Program-made: the position numbers and the translations under genes | Part shown: positions 29,173 through 37,123 of the stretch, piece after piece | Layout of the letters: each line of letters begins with the position of its first letter | Position numbering within the stretch: the stretch's first letter is position 1 | Notes under the pieces: generated by a model | Databases searched by the model: none | The model's input: only the letters and a program-made list of their open reading frames with translations | What the model was told of the DNA's origin: nothing | DNA from: Calditrichota bacterium | GTDB taxonomy: Bacteria > Electryoneota > AABM5-125-24 > Hatepunaeales > Hatepunaeaceae | NCBI GenBank assembly: GCA_016867835.1 | Contig: VGIQ01000002.1 | Location: 2,953 to 66,952 of the forward strand | Direction of reading: 5' to 3' | DNA: 64,000 bases

Positions 29173-32100
29173 CTACCGGATAAGCGCCCCCTTTACTCTC
29201 AGCACCCGCCCTTCGGAGCGGAGTTCGAAGATGTAAAGCCCTGCCGGGGCGCCTGCGGCATCCCACTCTACGAGGTGCCGGCCCACTTCGAGCCGCCCCC
29301 GGTCAAGGAGCGCAACTTGCCGTCCGTTCAGGTCCCGCACCACGAGCGCAACCTCGCCGGGCCGGTCCAGGGTGAAGGCGAGCGTCGTCCGGGGGTTAAA
29401 CGGATTCGGATAGACCGGCTGCAGAGCAAACGTGTAAGGCGACCAGTCATTGGCCGGAGCCGACGTGGGCGGCGGAATGCGCAGCGACCGCGACGTTGCC
29501 GACGGCCTTATCGCGACCCCGTCGGTCGCTTCGACCCGCCAAACGACGGTGAGCGTGTCCCGAATGCCGAACTGCCGCATCAAGGTGTCAAGGTCGCTCA
29601 CGGCGAGTTCCGTCTCAACTCCAGCCTGCCAGATGAGCGTCGTGTCCTGCTGCCCGGCACGAAACTGGAACCGCAGCGAGTAGTTCACCGCGTCGCCATC
29701 GACGTCGTTCGACGCCGTCCAGCGGAACGTCGTCCGGAAGTCCGCCAGGATGGTGCCGTCATCGGGAGCCAGCAGGTTGAAGGCTCCGGGCGCATCGTTG
29801 ACCGGGCGGACGGTGACCCGGAAGGCTGTTGCGGCTTCCTCGCCGGAGGGATCGCGGGCCGTTACGGTGATCTGGGCGCCGCCCGCCAGGTGGAAGTTGG
29901 GCGCCGGATCGACCACCAACAGCGAACCTTGCCGGATGCCCATTCCGAGTCCTCCGGGCGCGCCGGCAAAGGCATACTCGAGCACGTCGCCGTCGGGATC
30001 GCTGAAGACGGCACTCAATTCGGCGATTTGGAGTGAGCCGGCGTCCTCATCAAAGACAACGTCTTCGATAGCGCCGTCCAGTTCCGGCCCGCGATTGACG
30101 TTGTTGACGGTGACCAGCACCGACACCTCGTCGCTTTCGCCACCGGCATCGACGGCCGTGCAGAGGAAGGTGTATTGCCCTTCGTCATCGAAAGTCGGCG
30201 TCCAGAGGAACTCCGCCGTTCCGTCGCCGTTGTCGGTGAATTCCCAACCTTCGGGAAGGTTGCCCGGATCGGACCGCCAGGCGACATCGTCGCCATCCGG
30301 ATCGTCGGCCCGAAACGGAAGCCGAAGTTCCGCGTTTTCATTGACATCGACGGCGAACCGGTCGTCCTCGGTCGGTTCACGAATTACCGGCGGACGGTTG
30401 ACGTCGTTCACGGTGATGACCAGGATGATCTCATCGGCTTCGCCGGAGGGATCTTCGACAACAAAGAGCGGGCGATATTCGCCGGCGTCGTCGAACGTCG
30501 GCATCCAGCGGAAGGCGGCGGTCCCGTCACCGTTGCCGGTGAACTCCCAGCCGTCGGGCAGTCCGCCTGTATCGGCAAGTTGCCAGACCAGGTCGTCGCC
30601 GTCCGGATCATCGGCGGCGAATTCGACGACGAACTCCGCCGCCTCGCTTGCTTCAACCGCGAACACCCCGTCGTCAACCGGCTCGGTGATGACGGGGCTC
30701 CGGTTGACGTTGGTGACGACGATGGTCACCTCGACATCGGCAACCGCCTCACCGTCGCTGACCCGGAAGACGGGATCATACTCTCCGGCGTCGTCGGGAC
30801 CGGTCTGCCAGACAAAGGTCCCGCTGCCGTCGCCGTTATCTTGGAAAGCGGCGTCATCCGGCAAGCCTCCACGGTCGGCAAGGGTCAGTCGTAGGTCGTC
30901 GCCGTCGATGTCAGAGGCAGTTAGATCGAACCGGACGACATCGCCTTCGCGGACTTCGATGGGGCGATCGGGAAACTCCGTCCAGACCGGTGGATCGTTG
31001 ACCGGACGAACAGTTACGCCGAAGGTGTGCGGCGTTTGGGCATCGCGGCGCAGCACGGGGCCGCCGTCGGCGGGCCGAAGCCCTCTCCGGGCCCGAACTT
31101 CTTCTGCGGCACCGCCATTGACCCTGAGGGCTGCTCGCGCACCCATCAGGCCTTGACGACCATCGTCGGCAGTGACTGTGATTTCCACTTCGCCGTTGAA
31201 GTTGGCATCGGGCTGCAGCGACAGGACGTTGTTGTCGTCGAGTCTGAGGTTCAGGCGCTCGCCGCCTTCGACGGAAAACTGCAGGTCGTCTCCGTCGGGA
31301 TCGGCGAAGACGTCGTCAAGATCGGCGACGTTGGTCCGGCCGGCATCTTCGTCGATGACCAGATCTTCGATCTCCTGCACGACTATCGGCGCGCGGTTGA
31401 GGTCGTCGATGACGATGATAACTTCGGCTTCGACCTCGAATTCACCGTCGGTTAGCGTGAGCATCGCGCGAAACTCCCCGGCATCGTCATAGCCGGTTTG
31501 CCACTCGAAGAAGCCGGTGCCGTCACCGCGGTCGGTGAACGCCGCTCCTTCGGGCAGATTGCCGCGGCCAAAGCGAATGGCGAGGTCGTCGCCATCGGGG
31601 TCGGATCCTTCGACGTCGAAGTCTATGAAATCGGTCTCGGCGGCACGGATCGGTTCAGGCCGCTGGTCCCAACGCGGCGGGCGATTGGGCTGGAATCCGG
31701 TTCCCGTTACCGGGACTTGAACCACCGGCCGGTCGGGGTCGTCCGACTCTATGCTGATCCGGCCGTCGAACCGACCTTCGGCATCGGGGGCAAAGATCAC
31801 CGCAACGGCAAAATAGCCGCCCGGGTCAACCTGTTGCTCGCCTTCGAACCCGACCTGGAAGGCTTCGTTGTCGCCGGCGACTGCCGAGACCGTTAGGACG
31901 CCTTCACCGGCGTTGTGGATTTCCAACTCGAATTCGACTTGAGCACCGATGTTGACGGCTCCGAAATCGTGCCTGTCGGGGATGACGATCCGCGGTTCGA
32001 GGCTGGCGGTGAGACGAAAGACGGTGAAGCCGTTTACTTCGAAGGCATCTTCACCATCCACCAGTTCCTTACGAGCCACCCACTCGCGCTCCGCGTCCGC

Positions 32101-34755
32101 GTCCCAGTAACGGAAGGCAAACGACTCGCCGGCGCGGAAGCCGAGCACGTCGTTATCCCCGGCTTCGTCGCCCCAGGCGGCCAGGCCAAAGGCCTGATCG
32201 CCCGGCTCCTCGAGGGTTATTGCCCCCGCGCAAACATTGCCGGGGGTGAAAACGCCGACTTCATCCCCAGCCTCGAGCGGCTCGTCCATCAGGTGTGCCG
32301 AGAGGATGAGCAGCGAATGGTTGGCATCTGAAGACCGGTAGAGAAAGTGATCGCCTGCGCGAGGCCGCATTGCCGAGATTGCCAGCACGGCTAAACTGTT
32401 GGTCGAGTAGAGACCTTCGCCTTCTTCGTATTCGGCTTCGGCGGCAACCTCGAGGCCTTCCCCGGGCAGCCAGATGCGCCAGGAAATTTCCTCATCGGCG
32501 CGAAAGCCTTCGATGACCTCCTGCGTGGTGAAATCGTCGCCCCACGCCGCGAGACCAACGGGGAAGCCATGCACGACGGCGGCTCCGGCGCAGGTGCCGC
32601 GCGGCGTGAAGACGCCGATCTCGCTGCCGTCGGGGAGGCGGTCGCCCTCGATCATGGCATCGGTAATGAGCAGCGACATGTTGTTGTCGGTCTGCTCGAA
32701 GTCCCAATGAAAGAGCGGCGGCGCGCCTTGTCCGGTCAGAGCAACGTCGACCTCGCCCCGGTCGGGGTCGTCGGAGAAGATCGTCAGGCGGCCCTCGAAC
32801 TGCGCTTCGTCGTCCGGCTCAAAGTAGATCGTAAGATCGCGCGATTCGCCGACGCCGAGCGCAAAGGCGCCGTCGTCCGCAAGAGTGAAGACCGCGGGGC
32901 TGATTGTGAAGCGCTCGACCTGAAGCGGGCTCCCACCAGCGTTGCTGATGCGCAGCGAGGCTTCGCCGCGGCGGCTGACCCGGACCTCTCCAAAGTCGAT
33001 AAGGTCGGTTGAGAGTTCGATGGCGGGCGGCGCGTCTTCGACGCCGAACCCGGCCAGTTGGACGACGATCCGGGGCCGGTCGGGATCGTCGGAGAGGACG
33101 ACGACCGACCCGGCGAACTCGCCTCCGGCCGGCGGCGCGAAGTTCACTCCAACCTCAATCTCAGCACCGGGTGCGATCAGAGCGGGCAGTTCCGGAGCCG
33201 CGATGTCGAAGGCTTCGCCGTTGAGGGTAATCTCCTCGACCGTGAGATCGGCGTTTCCGGAATTGCCGACTACGAGCATCCATTCCCGCTGGTCGCCTGC
33301 GGCCACCCGGCCGAAGTCATAGGCTTCTTCGTTAAGCCGAATCCGGGGGGACTCGCCGGCATGCGCCGAGAGCCGGACGGCAATAAAGCCGTTCGCTTGA
33401 TAGCGGTTTTCCCCTTCGATGAACTCGGCCTCGGCGGCGAACTCTTCACCCGCTGAGCGATCCCAGTAGCGCCATAAAATGGCCTCATCGGCGCGGAAGC
33501 CTTGTATCCCGGCTTCGCTGGGGTCTTCGCCCCATAGTGCCATGCCGACCGGCCATTCGCCATCGAGCGTAACTCCTCCGGCGCAAAGCCCGTCCGGGGT
33601 GAAGACGCCGATTTCGTCATCAGCCTCGAGTGATTCGCCGTCCAGCACGGCTTCGGTGATCAGCGCGGACATATTGTCGCCGGTCATTTGATAGCGGAAG
33701 TGCTGCCCGACCGGGATGCCGCGTCCCGAGAGCGGAACCTCGACCCGTTCGTTGTTAGGGTCGTTCGAGACGATGACGAGCGAGCCTTCGTATTGCACTG
33801 GCTCATCCGGAGTGAAGGAGACGTCCAAAACGATACTCTCGCCCGGTTCGACGGCGAACTCCCCCGAGGGATCGACATTGAAGGTTCTGCCTTCGAAGGC
33901 AATGTTCCCTTCAAGGAGGGCTTCGCCTTCGTTGCCGAGGCGGACTTGAGCGACAGCCATCGCTCCCACATCTACCGCCCCGAAGTTGACCTCGCGAGGG
34001 TCGAGGACGATTTGCGCTAATGGCTCGGCGATGCCGGCGCCACCCAGCGCGACGAAGACTTCTTCCTGGTCCGGGTCGTTGGAGGCGATAGTGAGAGTGG
34101 CTTCGTATTCTGCCACTTCGGACGGCGTGAAGGTAACAGCAACATCGAATGACTCCCCGGGTGCAACGGTCCAGCCCTCGTCGGGGAAATCGGTGGAGAA
34201 GGCGTCGTTATCGGAGGCGATGTTCCCTACGGTCAGGTCAGCGCCGCCGACGTTGGATATACTGAACGACCAACCCGCCTGATTGCCGACCGTCACCTGA
34301 CCGAAGTGGTGCTCCGATTCGGAAAGTTGGATCTGGGCCGGTCGCTCGACCTCGGCTGAGAGCCTGAGGAGCGAAAAACCGTTCGCAGTGAAGACCTCAT
34401 CGCCCTCCTGGAATTGGGCTTGGGCGGGCACTTCGCGCTCTTCATCCGAGTCCCAGAAGCGGAAAGCGAACCTATCGCCGGCGCGAAAGCCGGGATTCTG
34501 ACCTTCGACCTGCCAGGCGGCGATGCCGACCGGGAAGCCGTTGTTGTCAACGGTAAAGGCTCCCCCGCAGACGTTGCCGGGGTTGAAGACGCCGATTTCG
34601 TCGCCGGCAACGAGGCTTTCGCCGTTAAGCGTCGCCTCGGTTACGAGCAGACTGTGGTTGACGTCGGTCTGCGCAAACCGAAAGTGTTGCGCCAGCAGGG
34701 GCAGGGGCGCCAGGGTAAGCAGAAAAGCAAGGCGTAGGAAGTAGTTCGTGGTCAT
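29173..34755 (-). CDS. Giant secreted adhesin-like protein (1860 aa) with a T9SS C-terminal domain; paralogous architecture to 12826..18612.
   Basis: ATG at 34753-34755 with a GGAGGAT RBS (MTTNYFLRLAFLLTLAPLPLLAQ signal peptide). The track ORF starts 54 nt upstream. It has four copies of the module (HFRFAQTDVNHSLLV...DEIGVFNPGNVCGGA...; HFRYQMTGDNMSALI...; FHWDFEQTDNNMSLLI...; HFLYRSSDANHSLLI...). These alternate with choice-of-anchor-D-like Ig domains. Five cadherin/Ig-like repeats follow (..PVNDPPVW.., VTNVNRSPVI, VNDVNRPPVI, VNNVNRGPEL, VRPVNDAPGAF). The CTD is VYPNPFNPRTTLAFTLDRPGEVALVVRDLNGRQVALL...GLYIFELRSEGRVLRVKGALIR. Confidence 0.8.
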   Translation of the reverse strand: MTTNYFLRLAFLLTLAPLPLLAQHFRFAQTDVNHSLLVTEATLNGESLVAGDEIGVFNPGNVCGGAFTVDNNGFPVGIAAWQVEGQNPGFRAGDRFAFRFWDSDEEREVPAQAQFQEGDEVFTANGFSLLRLSAEVERPAQIQLSESEHHFGQVTVGNQAGWSFSISNVGGADLTVGNIASDNDAFSTDFPDEGWTVAPGESFDVAVTFTPSEVAEYEATLTIASNDPDQEEVFVALGGAGIAEPLAQIVLDPREVNFGAVDVGAMAVAQVRLGNEGEALLEGNIAFEGRTFNVDPSGEFAVEPGESIVLDVSFTPDEPVQYEGSLVIVSNDPNNERVEVPLSGRGIPVGQHFRYQMTGDNMSALITEAVLDGESLEADDEIGVFTPDGLCAGGVTLDGEWPVGMALWGEDPSEAGIQGFRADEAILWRYWDRSAGEEFAAEAEFIEGENRYQANGFIAVRLSAHAGESPRIRLNEEAYDFGRVAAGDQREWMLVVGNSGNADLTVEEITLNGEAFDIAAPELPALIAPGAEIEVGVNFAPPAGGEFAGSVVVLSDDPDRPRIVVQLAGFGVEDAPPAIELSTDLIDFGEVRVSRRGEASLRISNAGGSPLQVERFTISPAVFTLADDGAFALGVGESRDLTIYFEPDDEAQFEGRLTIFSDDPDRGEVDVALTGQGAPPLFHWDFEQTDNNMSLLITDAMIEGDRLPDGSEIGVFTPRGTCAGAAVVHGFPVGLAAWGDDFTTQEVIEGFRADEEISWRIWLPGEGLEVAAEAEYEEGEGLYSTNSLAVLAISAMRPRAGDHFLYRSSDANHSLLILSAHLMDEPLEAGDEVGVFTPGNVCAGAITLEEPGDQAFGLAAWGDEAGDNDVLGFRAGESFAFRYWDADAEREWVARKELVDGEDAFEVNGFTVFRLTASLEPRIVIPDRHDFGAVNIGAQVEFELEIHNAGEGVLTVSAVAGDNEAFQVGFEGEQQVDPGGYFAVAVIFAPDAEGRFDGRISIESDDPDRPVVQVPVTGTGFQPNRPPRWDQRPEPIRAAETDFIDFDVEGSDPDGDDLAIRFGRGNLPEGAAFTDRGDGTGFFEWQTGYDDAGEFRAMLTLTDGEFEVEAEVIIVIDDLNRAPIVVQEIEDLVIDEDAGRTNVADLDDVFADPDGDDLQFSVEGGERLNLRLDDNNVLSLQPDANFNGEVEITVTADDGRQGLMGARAALRVNGGAAEEVRARRGLRPADGGPVLRRDAQTPHTFGVTVRPVNDPPVWTEFPDRPIEVREGDVVRFDLTASDIDGDDLRLTLADRGGLPDDAAFQDNGDGSGTFVWQTGPDDAGEYDPVFRVSDGEAVADVEVTIVVTNVNRSPVITEPVDDGVFAVEASEAAEFVVEFAADDPDGDDLVWQLADTGGLPDGWEFTGNGDGTAAFRWMPTFDDAGEYRPLFVVEDPSGEADEIILVITVNDVNRPPVIREPTEDDRFAVDVNENAELRLPFRADDPDGDDVAWRSDPGNLPEGWEFTDNGDGTAEFLWTPTFDDEGQYTFLCTAVDAGGESDEVSVLVTVNNVNRGPELDGAIEDVVFDEDAGSLQIAELSAVFSDPDGDVLEYAFAGAPGGLGMGIRQGSLLVVDPAPNFHLAGGAQITVTARDPSGEEAATAFRVTVRPVNDAPGAFNLLAPDDGTILADFRTTFRWTASNDVDGDAVNYSLRFQFRAGQQDTTLIWQAGVETELAVSDLDTLMRQFGIRDTLTVVWRVEATDGVAIRPSATSRSLRIPPPTSAPANDWSPYTFALQPVYPNPFNPRTTLAFTLDRPGEVALVVRDLNGRQVALLDRGRLEVGRHLVEWDAAGAPAGLYIFELRSEGRVLRVKGALIR

Positions 34756-34822
34756 AGATCCTCCGCATGTAGGCCGGAACCGCCGCTGACAGTTACGGCC
34801 GATGGACAAGGTAGATGGAGGT

Positions 34823-34849
34823 AATATAGCGGCTTTCAGTCAAAAGCAA
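34823..34849 (-). promoter_or_regulatory. Promoter-like motif upstream of the 1860-aa gene (coding-strand TTGCTT-N15-TATATT). It is the counterpart of 28893-28920.
   Basis: See the alignment in the previous promoter feature. Confidence 0.4.
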
Positions 34850-34887
34850 GTTGATACTGCGCACATGGGTGCGATAATGTTCTTGGG

Positions 34888-35889
34888 TCAGCCTCCAGAT
34901 TTAAGTTTTGATACGGTGGTAACGTATTCCTCGACCATCCGGCGGACGACCTCTCCGGCTGGGAGCACTTCCTGAATGTCTCCCGCCGCCTCGCCGGCTT
35001 CCATATAGCCCTCCACAAGGTCGCCATCGAACGTCCCCCGACGTGCGCGGCCACGGCCGAGCAAGGCGGTCAATTCCTCTTCGGAAGCGCCGTGCGTCTC
35101 AGCATCGCGGGCCTTTTGCGCAAACTCGCCCAGCAGCATGCGCGTCGGACTTAACTTCTTCAGCGTCAATGTCGTAGCCGGTTCGCCGGAGGCGACGACG
35201 GCCTCCTTATAGGCGTAAGAGGCGGAACTCTCGACGGTGCAGGCGAACCTCGTTCCAACCTGGACGCCGTCGGCGCCCAGTGCCAGCGCGGCAGCAAGAC
35301 CCCGCCCATCGCGAATACCTCCGGCAGCGAGGATTGGAACGCCGACGTGATCGGCCAGTCGCGCCGTCAAGACGAATGTGGTTACCTCTTCATAGCCATT
35401 GTGCCCGCCCGCCTCAGTGCCCTCGCCGACGACGGCATCGACGCCGCGTTCGACGGACTTGAGAGCCAGTTTGAGCGACGGCACGACATGGGTGACGATG
35501 CAGCCAGATTCCTTTAATAGCGACGTGAACTTACCGGGATTGCCGGCGGAGGTGAAGACGTTGCGAATTCCACCGTCGAGGGTAACGCGGACGAGGTCGG
35601 CGGCATCGTCGCGCATCAGCGGAATGTTGACTCCGAGCGGCCCATCCCAGACGGCGCGGGCATTGGCGATATGCAATGCTAACAGATCGGGCTTCATCGA
35701 GCCGGCGCCGATTAGGCCGAGCCCTCCAGCCTGAGATACTGCAACGGCCAACTTCCAGCCCGCAGTCCAGATCATCCCGCCCTGGACTATCGGGTAGCGG
35801 ATGCCATAGAGCGCGGTGATGCGGGTCGGGAGGGTCTCCGGCAGACCGGCGCGCCCGCCCCCCCCCATAGCGGTGTCAGTGTCTCCCAC
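34888..35889 (-). CDS. Nitronate monooxygenase / FabK-like NAD(P)H-dependent flavin oxidoreductase.
   Basis: GIRYPIVQGGMIWTAGWKLAVAVSQAGGLGLIGAGSM is the NMO/FabK FMN-binding signature in a TIM barrel. The GTG start overlaps the TAG stop of the upstream rubrerythrin-like gene. Confidence 0.7.
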   Translation of the reverse strand: MGDTDTAMGGGGRAGLPETLPTRITALYGIRYPIVQGGMIWTAGWKLAVAVSQAGGLGLIGAGSMKPDLLALHIANARAVWDGPLGVNIPLMRDDAADLVRVTLDGGIRNVFTSAGNPGKFTSLLKESGCIVTHVVPSLKLALKSVERGVDAVVGEGTEAGGHNGYEEVTTFVLTARLADHVGVPILAAGGIRDGRGLAAALALGADGVQVGTRFACTVESSASYAYKEAVVASGEPATTLTLKKLSPTRMLLGEFAQKARDAETHGASEEELTALLGRGRARRGTFDGDLVEGYMEAGEAAGDIQEVLPAGEVVRRMVEEYVTTVSKLKSGG

Positions 35890-36377
35890 TACGGACCGAC
35901 GAGGAGGATGTCGGCTCCGTTGAACTCGAACCAGCCGGGGAACTCGGCGACGGCTTCATACTCCGCCCGGAGCGTCCGCTCGTGCCCCTCCTCAAACTGC
36001 GCCAGATAGTAGAGCAGCCGCTGTCCGGAGGGGTCCGACGATCGCCCGGCGGCATCGCGATAGAACTTCGCCGCTTGACGCTCCTTTTCGATAGCGTAGA
36101 GCAATATCTCGGGCAGCGGCAGGTTGACGGGGATCGGCGCATAGGAGCGGAGCGCCTTCTTGGGCAGGCGCGGCTTCGCTTCGCCAGTTGAGGCGGCGAG
36201 TAATCGGTAGAGCATCTCGCGGTGCGATTCCTCCTCCCTTGCCAGTGCGAGAAATTTCCCCTTGGCGAGGGGATTCTGCACCTTAAGCGCGAGAAGACGG
36301 TAGAGTTTGCGGGCCTGGATTTCCTGCGCCACCGCCAGGCCGATCACTTCAACGCCGGTCAGTTCAGGATCGGGCAT
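35889..36377 (-). CDS. Rubrerythrin-like ferritin-like di-iron protein (no rubredoxin domain).
   Basis: 162 aa with two ExxH-containing helices (LAREEESHREMLYRLL; LAQFEEGHERTLRAEYE) plus EKERQAAKFYRDAA. It is co-oriented with an upstream peroxiredoxin and a downstream NMO. Confidence 0.6.
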   Translation of the reverse strand: MPDPELTGVEVIGLAVAQEIQARKLYRLLALKVQNPLAKGKFLALAREEESHREMLYRLLAASTGEAKPRLPKKALRSYAPIPVNLPLPEILLYAIEKERQAAKFYRDAAGRSSDPSGQRLLYYLAQFEEGHERTLRAEYEAVAEFPGWFEFNGADILLVGP

Positions 36378-36390
36378 AAGACTCCATGGA

Positions 36391-36460
36391 AAGTGCTCAA
36401 GTGAGCACGTGCTCGAGAACTCAAGTGGTCAAGTGCTCAAGTGAGCAAGTGAGTAAGTAA
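36391..36460. promoter_or_regulatory. Repeated palindromic operator-like element between the peroxiredoxin and rubrerythrin-like genes.
   Basis: A 17-bp unit AAGTGCTCAAGTGAGCA occurs twice (36391-36407 and 36431-36447). Each contains the inverted repeat GTGCTCA-ag-TGAGCAC. Extra CAAGTG(A) half-sites are at 36422-36429 and 36448-36458. It lies 15-80 nt upstream of the rubrerythrin-like start (36377). Confidence 0.5.
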
Positions 36461-36507
36461 ATATCAAGGTGCGACCCGATGCCTGACCGGCTCCGTTAGG
36501 AGCAACC

Positions 36508-37095
36508 CTACTTCGCGAGGGCTTCGACAGCGGCGAGAACCTCCTTCGCGTGGCCATCGACTTTGACCGGCGACCATACCCGACGCACGGTCCCGGAGGA
36601 ATCGATCAGCACCGTAGTGCGGATGACGCCTTCGTATTCCCGCCCATACATAGACTTCGTGCCCCAAACCCCGTAAGCGTTCAGCATCACCTGTGCGGTG
36701 TCGGCCAGCAGGGAAAAGGGGAGCGAATGCTCGGCGATGAACTTCGTATGACTCTCAGGCGTGTCGGGACTGACGCCGAGAATCGTTGCGCCGGCCTTTT
36801 GGATGCGGGCGTAGTTGTCGCGGAAGTCGCACGACTCCTTGGTGCAGCCGGAGGTGAAGTCCTTCGGGTAGAAGTAGAGCACCAGACTACGGCCCTGGTG
36901 GTCGGCCAGCCGGACGACCTTGCTGCTCTCGTCGGGTAGGCCGAAGTCGGGCGCCGGCGATCCGACCTTGGGCAGCGCGGGGGTTGTATCTTCAGGCATG
37001 GGGTGATCCTTGGAGTATGCTGGAAACGGCAAAGTGAATAAGCCGCAGACGACGAACATCGCTACGGCGAAACTGGAGTAGGCTTTATTGTGCAA
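36508..37095 (-). CDS. bcp: Peroxiredoxin (thiol peroxidase, Bcp/PrxQ-type, AhpC/TSA family) with an N-terminal signal peptide.
   Basis: VGSPAPDFGLPDESSKVVRLADHQGRSLVLYFYPKDFTSGCTKESCDF contains the peroxidatic Cys in the FTxGCT motif. The N-terminus MHNKAYSSFAVAMFVVCGLFTLPFPAYS looks like a signal peptide. Confidence 0.8.
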   Translation of the reverse strand: MHNKAYSSFAVAMFVVCGLFTLPFPAYSKDHPMPEDTTPALPKVGSPAPDFGLPDESSKVVRLADHQGRSLVLYFYPKDFTSGCTKESCDFRDNYARIQKAGATILGVSPDTPESHTKFIAEHSLPFSLLADTAQVMLNAYGVWGTKSMYGREYEGVIRTTVLIDSSGTVRRVWSPVKVDGHAKEVLAAVEALAK

Positions 37096-37123
37096 GATTT
37101 GGTCCGAACTACTTGACGAGTTC

